Source: Methanotrichaceae archaeon
GTDB taxonomy: Archaea; Halobacteriota; Methanosarcinia; Methanotrichales; Methanotrichaceae
Direction of reading: 5' to 3'
NCBI GenBank assembly: GCA_963748825.1
Contig: CAVVKN010000002.1
Span: forward strand, 64,001-128,000
DNA length: 64,000 bases
This document shows positions 1 to 9,645 of the stretch, piece after piece. Positions within the stretch are counted from its first letter, which is position 1; the number at the start of each line of letters is the position of its first letter. The position numbers were made by a program, and so were the translations under genes. The notes beneath the pieces were generated by a model. The model ran no database searches. It saw only the letters and a program-made list of their open reading frames with translations, and was not told the DNA's origin.

Positions 1-362
1 CCCTCGTGAGGTATGTGGCAGAAGTATCTGACTTGGACATCGACTTAGGAATCAAAGGCAAAAGCGGTGTTTTGCAGTCGATCGATACTCGTGAATCATT
101 CTTGACCGATCCATCCCACTCTATCGTCTTTCACTACACGCCGATACACGCTTCTTGGATGAACCAAGTTGAAATATGGTTTAGCATCTTAGTCCGGAAG
201 CTGCTCAGGCGAGCCTCCTTTGCTTCCATCAATGATTTGAAAGCAAAGGTTTTGGCGTTTGTCGAGTACTTCAACCAGACAATGGCAAAGCCGTTCAAAT
301 GGACATATCGAGGGAGAGCACTTACTGCCTAAAATTAGGCTTATTTAAGCCCAGATGTACTA
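1..362 (+). mobile_element. Right part of an IS630-family insertion sequence
   Basis: Transposase C-terminus, then a short non-coding end finishing in GATGTAC|TAG (TA/CTAG target typical of IS630). Sequence after 362 resumes an unrelated reading frame. Confidence 0.8.
6..332 (+). CDS. IS630-family DDE transposase, C-terminal part (truncated by window edge)
   Basis: Motifs [20 protein letters not shown] and AKPFKWTY are characteristic of IS630/DDE_3 transposases. Confidence 0.9.
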   Translation: MRYVAEVSDLDIDLGIKGKSGVLQSIDTRESFLTDPSHSIVFHYTPIHASWMNQVEIWFSILVRKLLRRASFASINDLKAKVLAFVEYFNQTMAKPFKWTYRGRALTA

Positions 363-467
363 GTTAAGGCCGGATTGGTAGTGAAAGAAGATAAAATAAA
401 TCAATGGGTTTATTATGAGCTGACAAAGAAAGGGAAAAGGTCAGCCCAAGGCATCGAACTAAAATAG
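360..467 (+). pseudogene. 3' half of an ArsR-like winged-helix regulator gene interrupted by the IS630
   Basis: Manual translation from 360 gives LVKAGLVVKEDKINQWVYYELTKKGKRSAQGIELK*, matching the wHTH wing pattern LxxAGLV...WVYYxLTxKG. Confidence 0.65.
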
Positions 468-529
468 TTCAAAATGAAATAGAAGAAAGACGCCCATGCG
501 ATGTAAAAGGCGCTTTACTATTAATATTA

Positions 530-949
530 TTATGGATTCTTGCGGCTGCGCCCCAGCACCATCTGCCGGGTAGCCCTCTCCGCCTCTATATTGCGCCGAC
601 AAACCGGGCAGACCCGGATCCATTCCAGGCCCTCAGAGTCCTTCTGCAAATTGGCAGGAAGAACTGACTCAATCCTTCTCAGCATGGGCTCCGTGGCATA
701 ACGCGATCCACAGATCTTGCAGGCCACCAGATCAAAGGACACATCAGGTTCAGGCACGGTCTCATCGAAAGGCATCAGAGTCAGAGCTTTGGCAGGGCAA
801 AACTCCACGCAAAGATCGCACTCCTCTTTGCACCTCTTCCAGTGAATGCTCCGCATCTCTCCCGTCTCGGTACGGACGATATTTTGACTGGGACAGACAG
901 TGGAACAGGATAGGCAGCCCAGACACAGGCTGGCATCAACTTTGATCAT
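530..949 (-). CDS. 4Fe-4S ferredoxin-type protein (NuoI/HycF-like)
   Basis: CLGCLSCSTVCP and CKEECDLCVEFCP motifs, plus CKICG and CPVC pairs; GGAGGT RBS. Confidence 0.85.
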   Translation of the reverse strand: MIKVDASLCLGCLSCSTVCPSQNIVRTETGEMRSIHWKRCKEECDLCVEFCPAKALTLMPFDETVPEPDVSFDLVACKICGSRYATEPMLRRIESVLPANLQKDSEGLEWIRVCPVCRRNIEAERATRQMVLGRSRKNP

Positions 950-1386
950 CTCTTACCTCCATGGGCAGCAGCCCGAGCAGCGCGCGAGCGTGCCCGGCGA
1001 GACGCAATCTCAAAATCAGTGGATAGAGCATTGGCAGGACAGGTGGTAACGCAGGTGGGCTCCTCCGCGAGCCCTTCACATAGATCGCACTTGTGAGCGA
1101 TCTTGTTCGCCCGGACCACTCCGAAGGGACAGGCCAGCTGGCACAGGCCGCAGCCGGTGCACTTTTCCACATCAAAAGCCGTGCGCTCTCCCTCTTTATG
1201 CAAAGCCCCGCTAAAGCAGGCCATGGTGCAGCTGGCCTCCTCACAGTGATGACAAAATATGGGGACCGAGGCAGAGTCTCCCACAAAATGCACATTGATG
1301 TGTCCGCTGCCTCCGTGCACGCGCTGGCAGGCCACCTCGCAGGAGCGGCAGCCAATGCATCTACTGATGTCAATGTAAACGGGCAT
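946..1386 (-). CDS. 4Fe-4S dicluster protein (HydN/CooF/FdhB-like electron-transfer subunit)
   Basis: Four Cys clusters: CIGCRSCEVAC, CHHCEEASCTMAC, CTGCGLCQLACP, KCDLC...PTCVTTCP. Confidence 0.9.
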   Translation of the reverse strand: MPVYIDISRCIGCRSCEVACQRVHGGSGHINVHFVGDSASVPIFCHHCEEASCTMACFSGALHKEGERTAFDVEKCTGCGLCQLACPFGVVRANKIAHKCDLCEGLAEEPTCVTTCPANALSTDFEIASRRARSRAARAAAHGGKR

Positions 1387-3429
1387 TTAATCCCTCCGGG
1401 AAATCTTGCAGGCCGATACCTTGAACTCGGGTATCCTGGCTTCAGGATCTGTAACCTCTGTAGTGAGGATATTGGTTCCTGGGAAATGGAAGGGCATGAA
1501 CACCACTCCTCTTTTCACTTTATCCGTGAGGCGGGCATAAGCCTCGGTCTCACCCCGCTGCGTAGCAATGGTAACCTCATCGCCATCAGCCACCTTGAGC
1601 CGCGTGGCATCGGCTGGGTTGATCTCCACATAGAGATCCGGCTCGCGCTCCATGAGCGAGGGGCTTCTCCTGGTCATGGACCCGGCATTGTGATGCACAG
1701 CTACACGCCCGGTAGTCAGGATAAAGGGATAATCCCAGCTGGCGTCTTCTGCCGCCGGCCGGTAGGGGACGGGCACAATGAAGGCACGCCCCTCGGCAAA
1801 CTTGAAACCGGAGGAGTGAAGTATGGGCGTTCCCGGATGATCGGGACTGGGGCAGGGCCAGATGAGTCCGCCTTTATCGAGCCTTTCCCGGGTTATACCT
1901 GCGTACTGGGGAACGGTCCGGTTGATCTCCGCTAAAACTGATGCCGCATCAGGATAATCAAAATCAAGCCCCAGGCTGCCTGCAACCCGGCACACGATCT
2001 CCAGGTCGGAGAGTGCCGCTCCCGGCGGCTCAATGGCTTTGCTGCTCCACTGCACGCGCCTTTCCGTGTTGGTGAAGCTTCCTTCCTTCTCCGCCCAGGC
2101 CGCCGCCGGCAAAACGACATCTGCAAGCTGAGCAGTAGCCGTCATGAAAATATCCTGCACTACTAAAAAATCCAGATTTTCCAGCCCATCCCGGACATGC
2201 CGGCTACAGGGATCAGAGTTGGCCGGATCTTCGCCCACAATGTACATGGCCTTGATATCACCTGTGGCAGCAGCATCTATCATCTCCGTGGCTGTGAGGC
2301 CTGGGCCTGAGGGCAGGCTTTTTGCCCCCCAGGCAGAAGAGAAGAACTTGATGGTCTCAGGATCGTCTGCCTTTTTATAGCCGGGATAAAACTCTGCCAG
2401 TGCCCCCATATCGCAGGCACCCTGAACATTGTTCTGGCCGCGCAGAGGCATGACCCCTGTACCTGGCTTTCCCATATGCCCACAGATGAGGGCCAGATTG
2501 GAAACGGCCTGCACATTGTCTGTGCCCGTGCTGTGCTGAGTGATCCCCATAGAATAGAGTATAGAGGAAGCAGGAGATATGGCATAAGAACGCGCCGCCC
2601 TTACAATGTCGCCTGCGGCAACCCCAGTGATCTCGGCCACCTTTTCCGGAGAATAATCTTTGACCGACTCTGCCAGAGCCTCAAAGCCGCGGGTTCTTTG
2701 GGTGATGTAATCTCTATCTATCAGGCCCTCTTTGATTATCACATGAGCCATGCCGTTTAAGAGAGCCACATCCGTTCCAGGCTTAAGCTGCAAGAAGACA
2801 TCCGCCATCCAGGAGGTATGCGTTACACGAGGATCAGCTACGATTACCACGGCACCTGCATCCTTAGCCCTGTGGATCCAGCGGGAGATAACAGGATGAT
2901 TTTCCGCCAGATTTGATCCTATGATGAATATGCACTTGGAGTTAGCGATATCTGGGATGGGATTGGTCATTCCGGCTGCGCCGAGAGTACGATTCAATCC
3001 CACCACCGAGGGGGCATGACAGAGCCGGGCGCAGTTGTCCACATTGGGCGAGCCTAAAAGACGGGCCAGCTTCTCGATCAGATAGTCCTCCTCATTGCTG
3101 CATTTGGAAGAGGCCAGAAGGGCAATGCTGCCAGGACCGTACTTCTTGATGGCATCACCGATCCCCCGGGCCACCAGATCGATAGCTTCCTCCCAGGATA
3201 TCCTGGCCCAGCCTTCGCCTTTCCTCTTCAGAGGAGATGTAAGTCGCTCCTGGTGGTAGAGGATCTCCAAAGCGGCATTTCCCTTAGAGCATAAAGCACC
3301 CTCGCTGACAGGATGATCCGGCATATATTCTATCCCGGTGGCGCGATCCTTTTCTACTGCAATGAAAAATCCGCAGCCTGCACCGCAATATGGACAGACC
3401 GTTGGAACAAGCACTTTTGTCATCTTCAT
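1387..3429 (-). CDS. fdhF: Formate dehydrogenase alpha subunit, FdhF type (Cys form, Mo/W-bisPGD)
   Basis: CPYCGAGC...LCSKG Fe-S motif, NCARLCHAPS active-site Cys-His, PLRGQNNVQG Arg, C-terminal molybdopterin-binding domain (PEFKVSAC). Confidence 0.88.
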   Translation of the reverse strand: MKMTKVLVPTVCPYCGAGCGFFIAVEKDRATGIEYMPDHPVSEGALCSKGNAALEILYHQERLTSPLKRKGEGWARISWEEAIDLVARGIGDAIKKYGPGSIALLASSKCSNEEDYLIEKLARLLGSPNVDNCARLCHAPSVVGLNRTLGAAGMTNPIPDIANSKCIFIIGSNLAENHPVISRWIHRAKDAGAVVIVADPRVTHTSWMADVFLQLKPGTDVALLNGMAHVIIKEGLIDRDYITQRTRGFEALAESVKDYSPEKVAEITGVAAGDIVRAARSYAISPASSILYSMGITQHSTGTDNVQAVSNLALICGHMGKPGTGVMPLRGQNNVQGACDMGALAEFYPGYKKADDPETIKFFSSAWGAKSLPSGPGLTATEMIDAAATGDIKAMYIVGEDPANSDPCSRHVRDGLENLDFLVVQDIFMTATAQLADVVLPAAAWAEKEGSFTNTERRVQWSSKAIEPPGAALSDLEIVCRVAGSLGLDFDYPDAASVLAEINRTVPQYAGITRERLDKGGLIWPCPSPDHPGTPILHSSGFKFAEGRAFIVPVPYRPAAEDASWDYPFILTTGRVAVHHNAGSMTRRSPSLMEREPDLYVEINPADATRLKVADGDEVTIATQRGETEAYARLTDKVKRGVVFMPFHFPGTNILTTEVTDPEARIPEFKVSACKISRRD

Positions 3430-3433
3430 CCCT

Positions 3434-4243
3434 TTAGTAAGCATAAAGATTGCTGTAGGGCCTCTTCGACTTGGGCGTGAGCCTGACGAACTGAGAATTC
3501 AAGATCTCATCTTTGCTCTTGTTGACCTTCGGAAAGCGCTCCACGAACCTGGAGACAAATTTATCCAGGACTGCCCTGTCGGACTCGTCTATGGGTGAAA
3601 TGTCCACCTGCCCGCCGACCTGAGACTGCTCTACATTGCCGCGCAGATAGATCACCCCTCCATGCATGCCTGAGCCTATGAAGTTGGCTTTATGGGTCAG
3701 GCCATGCAGGTCCAGGACTATCACAATTCCGCCCGCCATGTACTCGCCCAAAAAGTCCTGCGAGATGCCGCCTACGACCAGAACGGGCCTCTTGTCCTCG
3801 TACTCCTTCATGTGCAGCGCCGTTCTGTAGCCACAATTGTCTCGCACATAGATCTCGCCTCCGCGCATGGAAAAACCCAGTACATCTCCGGCCCGTCCCT
3901 TTACGACTATCTCTCCGCCGTCCATGGTGTTTCCCACGCCATCCTGAGCATTGCCGTGCACAGTTATCTTATGGCCGTAAAGAAAGGCGGCCAGGTCGTT
4001 GCCGGGAGTCCCGAAGATCTCGATCTCCATTTTAAGATGCTCGGGAGTGTAAAGGCGGGTGCCTATGTACCTCTGGCCGCAAACATTTGTGATGTTGACC
4101 TTTTTCACGCCGGAGAGCATCAAGTCCCTGAGCCGGCCATTTAGCTCTTTTGTCTCCAGATCTGTAGCATCGATCAGAGCGCACTTCCTCTCATCAGCCT
4201 GATCTGAATCGAGATTCGATTGGGATGCCGCTGCTCTCGCCAT
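3434..4243 (-). CDS. gltB3: Glutamate synthase large-subunit domain 3 (GXGXG) protein
   Basis: GQRYIG, GTPGNDLAAF, GNAQDGVGNTM, DFLGEYMAGG beta-helix motifs. Start could extend to the GTG at 4264. Confidence 0.85.
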   Translation of the reverse strand: MARAAASQSNLDSDQADERKCALIDATDLETKELNGRLRDLMLSGVKKVNITNVCGQRYIGTRLYTPEHLKMEIEIFGTPGNDLAAFLYGHKITVHGNAQDGVGNTMDGGEIVVKGRAGDVLGFSMRGGEIYVRDNCGYRTALHMKEYEDKRPVLVVGGISQDFLGEYMAGGIVIVLDLHGLTHKANFIGSGMHGGVIYLRGNVEQSQVGGQVDISPIDESDRAVLDKFVSRFVERFPKVNKSKDEILNSQFVRLTPKSKRPYSNLYAY

Positions 4244-4250
4244 TCTTCTC

Positions 4251-5765
4251 TCACTCTCCCGCACCCTTGATTCCTAATACATCAAGCTCCCACTCATACA
4301 GCCCCACGCCCCGCAGGTGGTCTCGGTTGCCGCGCAGGCTCTCCAGGGCGTTGATGCCCATGCCGCCCAGCATCTCGCTGATCTCATGCGACCAGGCAGT
4401 AATGAGGTTGGACAGCCTCTGCGAGGCGATATCCACATTCAGCCTGCCGGACAGGCGCGGGTCCTGAGTGCATATTCCCCAGTTGCACTTTCCGGTATAG
4501 CATTTCTGGCAGAGAGTGCAGCCCATGGCAATTAGAGCCGCTGATCCGATATAAACGGCATCAGCGCCCAGGGCTATGGCCTTGATTACGTCGCTGCTAC
4601 AGCGAATTCCGCCCGCGGCCACGATGGAGCATCTGTTCCTGATACCCTCTCTACGCAGGCGTCGGTCCAACGATGATATGGCAAGCTCTATTGGTATACC
4701 CACATTGTCCCGGATGGCTTTGGGGGCCGCTCCCGTTCCGCCCCGAAGACCATCGATGGCGATGATGTCCGCACCGGCTCGCACAATTCCCGAGGCTATG
4801 GCGGCAAAGTTATGCACGGCTGCGATCTTCACGGATATGGGCTTTTCGTAGTTGGTAGCCTCCTTCAGAGCGAAGATGAGCATGGATAGATCTTCAATGG
4901 AGTAGATATCATGATGCGGCGCTGGTGAGATGGCATCCGTGCCCATGGGGATCATGCGCGTCTCTGCCACCGCAGCCGAGACCTTCTCGCCGGGCAAGTG
5001 GCCGCCGATGCCGGGCTTGGCCCCCTGGCCCACCTTGATCTCCACGGCCTGGGCACAGTTCAGGTACTCAGCATCTATGCCGAAGCGGCCCGATGCCACC
5101 TGCACAATGGCACATCTTCCAAACTCTTCCCTCATCTCCCTGGGAAGGCCACCTTCACCGGTATTGAAATAGGTTCCCGACTTGCAGGCAGCCGTCGCCA
5201 GGGAACGGAAGGCGTTGTAGCTTATGGCTCCGTAGGACATGGCCGAGAAAAGGATAGGAGTTTCCACCATCAGATTGGGAGAGAGCTCGGTCTTAATCTC
5301 CACATCTCCGTCCTTTGCTGAAATGTCCATCAAGTCGGGCTTGGCGCCCAGGAAGGTGCGCAGCTCCATCGGTTCGCGCAATGGATCGATGGAGGGATTG
5401 GTGACCTGAGAGGCATTGAGCACGATATGGTCCCAGTAGATACGGAATGGCTTGTCGCTCCCGCATCCGGTAAGGATCACTCCTCCAGTCTCCGCTTGCT
5501 TCTTGAGGTCTTCCAGCTTCTCGCGAGACCAAGAGGCATTGGGCCGGTAGAACGAGGGCGTGGGCCGAACCACTATGGCATTTTTGGGACAGAAGATGAC
5601 GCATCTCTGGCAGCCGACGCACTTGTAGTCATCGGATGTCAGCCGGTCAGACACCGGATCGTAAGTATGGGTGCCAAAGGCGCACTGCCTCTCGCAGCCC
5701 CTACACTGGCCGCATTTTTCTTCGTCCCTGGTGATCTGAAACTCTGGAAAGACGAATGATTTCAT
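4251..5765 (-). CDS. gltB2: Archaeal glutamate synthase FMN-binding subunit with N-terminal 2x[4Fe-4S] domain
   Basis: AMSYGA, NTGEGG, QVASGRFG, EIKVGQGAKPGIGGHLPGEKV, ISPAPHHDIYSIEDL, GCTLCQKCYTGKCNWGICTQ. Confidence 0.93.
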   Translation of the reverse strand: MKSFVFPEFQITRDEEKCGQCRGCERQCAFGTHTYDPVSDRLTSDDYKCVGCQRCVIFCPKNAIVVRPTPSFYRPNASWSREKLEDLKKQAETGGVILTGCGSDKPFRIYWDHIVLNASQVTNPSIDPLREPMELRTFLGAKPDLMDISAKDGDVEIKTELSPNLMVETPILFSAMSYGAISYNAFRSLATAACKSGTYFNTGEGGLPREMREEFGRCAIVQVASGRFGIDAEYLNCAQAVEIKVGQGAKPGIGGHLPGEKVSAAVAETRMIPMGTDAISPAPHHDIYSIEDLSMLIFALKEATNYEKPISVKIAAVHNFAAIASGIVRAGADIIAIDGLRGGTGAAPKAIRDNVGIPIELAISSLDRRLRREGIRNRCSIVAAGGIRCSSDVIKAIALGADAVYIGSAALIAMGCTLCQKCYTGKCNWGICTQDPRLSGRLNVDIASQRLSNLITAWSHEISEMLGGMGINALESLRGNRDHLRGVGLYEWELDVLGIKGAGE

Positions 5766-6907
5766 TGCAAAACCTTCCTCATACTATTTAGTTCGCCTAT
5801 GACCGGTTCTCCTCCGTTGGGCGTCCAGACGCGGTCAAGCTGTGGCGAAATAAGTCTAATCGACGCTTCCTCTGAGGAGAGGTAGAACATCTCTCCTCTC
5901 GTGGCTGCGGTAATGGGTCGAAGCCTGATTCTGTCCGTGAGACCGATTATTCTCCCCGTCTGACCGATGATTATGGCAAAAGGCCCGTTCATGAGCAGAG
6001 GCGCATAGACCATCCTCAAAGTTGTGAGCAGCTTTTTCTCCTTCTCATTCATCCGGTCGATCGCATTCCAGATGGGTGGTGCGAGAATTTTGGCCACAAT
6101 CTCAATGGGAAGCTTTTGCCTTCTCATGAGAAGGTCCGCAGCATAAGCTATTACCTCAGTGTCCGTTTGCAGGGTGCAGGCATAGCCGTACATCTCCAGA
6201 TACCAGCGATTGGTGCCGTAAGAGGAGATCTCGCCGTTGTGAACGATGGTTGTATCCAGGAGGCTGAAGGGATGAGCCCCGCCCCACCAGGCCTGGGTGT
6301 TTGTGGGAAAGCGACCGTGCACCGTCCAGGCGTAGGCTGAGTAGAGCTTGTCGAGCATGAAGTACTCCCCGATATCCTCAGGATAGCCAACGCCCTTGAA
6401 GCAGCCCATGTTCTTGCCGGAAGAGAACACATGAGCATTCTCGATCCTGGTGTTCACCAGCATGATCTTCTCCACGATGTAATCCTCATCGGAGAGCGAA
6501 GCGTCTTCGCCCTGCTTTTTGGGAAGGACAAAGTAGCGCCAGACTAAGGGAGGATCGCTTACAGTTGCCTCATCACCATGAGGGATCTCTTCATCGTGGA
6601 CAACATCGAAGTTCTGGCAGAGAAAGGCATCCAGCTCCTTTTTTGCGTATACTTTATCCTGGGGGCTCTTGCCGGTGAACATAAGATGGAAGGCATAGTA
6701 ATCCTGGTACTGCGGGTATATGCCATAGGCTGCAAACCCCCCACCCAGACCATTGCCGCGTACGTGCATGTTGGCTATGGCCTTCATGACGCCCTCTCCG
6801 GTAAAGCGCTCCCCGTCTCGGTTCATGGCACCGAAGATGGAGCAGGCACAGATCTCTTTATTGTACAGCTCCCTTCTAATCCTTGGCATAGTAATCTTAG
6901 ACTCCAT
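5762..6907 (-). CDS. gltB1: Glutamate synthase domain 1 / class II glutamine amidotransferase
   Basis: ACSIFG nucleophile region, RGNGLGGGFAAYG, HGRFPTNT, GGAHPF, VHNGEISSYG, TDTEV. Confidence 0.9.
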   Translation of the reverse strand: MESKITMPRIRRELYNKEICACSIFGAMNRDGERFTGEGVMKAIANMHVRGNGLGGGFAAYGIYPQYQDYYAFHLMFTGKSPQDKVYAKKELDAFLCQNFDVVHDEEIPHGDEATVSDPPLVWRYFVLPKKQGEDASLSDEDYIVEKIMLVNTRIENAHVFSSGKNMGCFKGVGYPEDIGEYFMLDKLYSAYAWTVHGRFPTNTQAWWGGAHPFSLLDTTIVHNGEISSYGTNRWYLEMYGYACTLQTDTEVIAYAADLLMRRQKLPIEIVAKILAPPIWNAIDRMNEKEKKLLTTLRMVYAPLLMNGPFAIIIGQTGRIIGLTDRIRLRPITAATRGEMFYLSSEEASIRLISPQLDRVWTPNGGEPVIGELNSMRKVLQ

Positions 6908-7125
6908 CCATCGACCTTTCTGCTGTTTTAACGCTAACCTTACCCATGTAAGTCTTGCTCGATTAGATGATGTGTGGGCAAGAAGTGATCGCAATAAATG
7001 TCTTATATCTATTTAAGAAACATTCATAATACTTATGATAGAAGCTAGTCGATGCAGGCACATTTCCTCTCACGATTTTTCCTCACTTTTTTTCAAGGTG
7101 ATTTTCTTGATGTAAGGCTAACAGC

Positions 7126-7156
7126 AAATAAAAAGGTGAGCCCGGATAAGGGGCTC
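7126..7156 (-). terminator. Putative glnA terminator
   Basis: GAGCCC-N7-GGGCTC hairpin (7138-7156) followed on the minus strand by CCTTTTTATTT. Confidence 0.5.
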
Positions 7157-8490
7157 TAGAGCAGAGGCAAGTACCTCTCCAACTCCCACTGGGTGACATT
7201 GGTGCGGTAGGCATCCCACTCCGCTTTCTTGTTGGTGATGAAAGCTCTGAAGACGTGCTCGCCGAGTGCCTCGCGAATGAGCTTGCTTCCCTCTGTAAGC
7301 TGAATGGCATCGTTCAAGCTTCCCGGCAGAGAGGTGATTCCTGCTTTCTTTCTCTCATCATCGCTCATGTGGTAGATGTCCTGCTCCTGGGGAGCGGGCA
7401 GATCGTACTTGTTAGCGATTCCGGCTAGGCCCGCGGCTAGCATGACGGAGAAGGCCAGGTAGGGGTTGGTGGCTGGATCGGGGCTTCTGAACTCGACTCG
7501 GGTGGCAGCCTCCTTTCCGGGCTTGTACATGGGTACTCTGACCAGGGCAGATCTGTTTCTTCTCGCCCAGCAGATGTAGACGGGGGCCTCGTAGCCGGGG
7601 ACCAGGCGCTTGTAGGAGTTGACCCACTGGTTGGTGACGGCTGTGATCTCGGGCGCGTGCTTGAGAAGGCCGGCAATGTAGTACTTGCCCTCATCGGAGA
7701 GATGATATTTGTCTCCGGCATCGAACATCACATTTCTCTTTCCCTGGAAGAGGGACTGGTGTACGTGCATGCCGCTGCCGTTCTGGCCGAAGATGGGCTT
7801 GGGCATGAAGCTGGCGTGGTAGCCGTACCGGCGGGCGATCTCCTTGACGGTGATCTTGTACGTCATCACCGTATCGGCCATATTCAGAGCGTCCTTGTAG
7901 CGTAGATCGATCTCATGCTGAGAAGGAGCAACCTCATGGTGGCTGTACTCCACATCTATGCCCATAGAATCCAGGGCAAGGATTGTGTCCCGGCGCAGAT
8001 CGGAGGCGTTGTCGGCAGTGGTCAGATCGAAGTATCCGCCGTTGTCCAGGACCTCCGTGCAGTGCTCGTTTTTGAAGTAAAAGAACTCCAGCTCCGGGCC
8101 TACCAGGAAGCTGTAGCCTTTATCCTTGATGCGCTCCAGATTTCTCTTCAGGACGTACCTGGGATCGCCCTCATACGGGCTGCCATCGGGATTCTGGATG
8201 TCGCAGAACATCCTGGCCACGCCGTTCTCCTGTTGCCTCCAGGGGATAAGCTGGAAGGTGGTTGGGTCGGGCTTGGCGACCATGTCTGATTCGTGGATTC
8301 GGGCAAAGCCCTCAATAGAGGAGCCGTCAAAGCCCATGCCCTCGGAGAATGCCCCCTCCAGCTCGCTGGGATTAATAGCAAAGCTCTTAGGGACACCCAG
8401 GATATCAGTGAACCAAATTCGGACAAATCTCACATTATATTTGTCAATTGCCTCAAAGACTTCATCTTTTGACTTAATTTGCATGGCCAT
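7156..8490 (-). CDS. glnA: Glutamine synthetase type I
   Basis: FDGSSIEGF, HHEVAPSQHEI, FMPKP..NGSGMHVHQSL, NSYKRLVPGYEAP, RVEFRSPDP. Confidence 0.97.
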   Translation of the reverse strand: MAMQIKSKDEVFEAIDKYNVRFVRIWFTDILGVPKSFAINPSELEGAFSEGMGFDGSSIEGFARIHESDMVAKPDPTTFQLIPWRQQENGVARMFCDIQNPDGSPYEGDPRYVLKRNLERIKDKGYSFLVGPELEFFYFKNEHCTEVLDNGGYFDLTTADNASDLRRDTILALDSMGIDVEYSHHEVAPSQHEIDLRYKDALNMADTVMTYKITVKEIARRYGYHASFMPKPIFGQNGSGMHVHQSLFQGKRNVMFDAGDKYHLSDEGKYYIAGLLKHAPEITAVTNQWVNSYKRLVPGYEAPVYICWARRNRSALVRVPMYKPGKEAATRVEFRSPDPATNPYLAFSVMLAAGLAGIANKYDLPAPQEQDIYHMSDDERKKAGITSLPGSLNDAIQLTEGSKLIREALGEHVFRAFITNKKAEWDAYRTNVTQWELERYLPLL

Positions 8491-8723
8491 TTCACTTAGC
8501 CTCCTGAAACCAAAAAGTTATGTTGATTATTTATATGTATTTAAGATCGAGTCTTAATAGTTATGAAAGATTATGATCGCATCGCAGAACGTCTATTCGA
8601 ATTCGAAGAAGGGACTAATCTATTCCATTTCCAGAACAAGGTGCACGTCATACCCGACTTCATCGGCAATAAGGGCTTGCGACACGAGCTGGCTGCCCAC
8701 CACGCTTGGTGGTTCACCCACTT

Positions 8724-9428
8724 TCAGTAATCCCAATGCTCATGTCGAACCGGCAGGCGGTTTAGTGCTTCCCGGTAGAATTGCCACTTGGGCACGAAGC
8801 TGTCCATCAGCGAGACGAAGCGAGCATTGTGTGTGGGTTCCAACAGGTGCACCATCTCGTGAACAAGGATGTATTCGAGGCACTCGTGTGGTTTCTTGGC
8901 GAGATCGGTATTGAGCCGGATATTTCCAGACTTGGGTGTGCAGCTTCCCCATTTGGTTTTCATCTGTTGCACGAATAAGCGTTCCACCTTCACGCCTATT
9001 AGCGGTTCCCATTTGGTGACCAATGGCGTCACGGCTTGCTTGAGTTGAGCACGATACCATTCTTCAACGATGGCCTGTCTTTTGCTCTCATCGGTTCCAG
9101 GGCGCACCCGTAGAATCATATTTCCGTGCTTCAGTTCCCGTGCCTCATAGATCAGGTCAAGCATCACCCCGTCTTCCACCGCTTCGTCGAATTTGTAGGT
9201 GTGGATGTAGCCGCCGAAGACCTCCAGGGTGGTCTTCTTGTCCTTCTTCAAGAGCGGCGTGCCTGTGAAGCCAATAAAGACCGCGTCCGGCATCATCGCC
9301 TTCATCGTGCGATGCAGCTTGCCGCTCTGAGTGCGGTGGCATTCGTCGACGAAGACGAAGACCTCGCCCACGGGTTGGCTTGGCTGGGCTTTCAATTCTC
9401 TGATAAGATGTAAAGTATGGCAGATCAA
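8724..9428 (-). pseudogene. In-frame chimera of a type I restriction HsdR helicase fragment and a YgjP/DUF45 (M48-like) metallopeptidase C-terminus
   Basis: DECHRTQSG, GFTGTP and AVEDG...YEAR (HsdR) are joined directly to WGSC...LNTDL...HEMVHLLEPTH (YgjP, HExxH). Confidence 0.8.
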
Positions 9429-9645
9429 TATCCAAAGCGTTGTTTTCCCTTAGGCGGAGATCTTGAAAAAGCAGGCAATCAGTTTGTTAAGGATCTATTT
9501 GGGATCGGGATCGAAAAAAATATTGGTTAGAGTTGCATAGCGAATCTCGCATCAAACTGCGCATGAGAATGGCAGGTGGCCGAAATCGACATCTCTGCGA
9601 ACTTGCAGGGGGTGTGATCTGCCACTCCATTCGATTTATTGACTC

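Noticed and set aside
1387-3429. Selenocysteine in the FDH
   Set aside because: The active-site residue is an ordinary Cys in an uninterrupted ORF.
6990-8720. NrpR operator (GGAA-N6-TTCC) or GlnR/TnrA box near glnA/gltB
   Set aside because: By eye only GGGA-N8-TTCC (about 8611-8626) was found, with wrong spacing.
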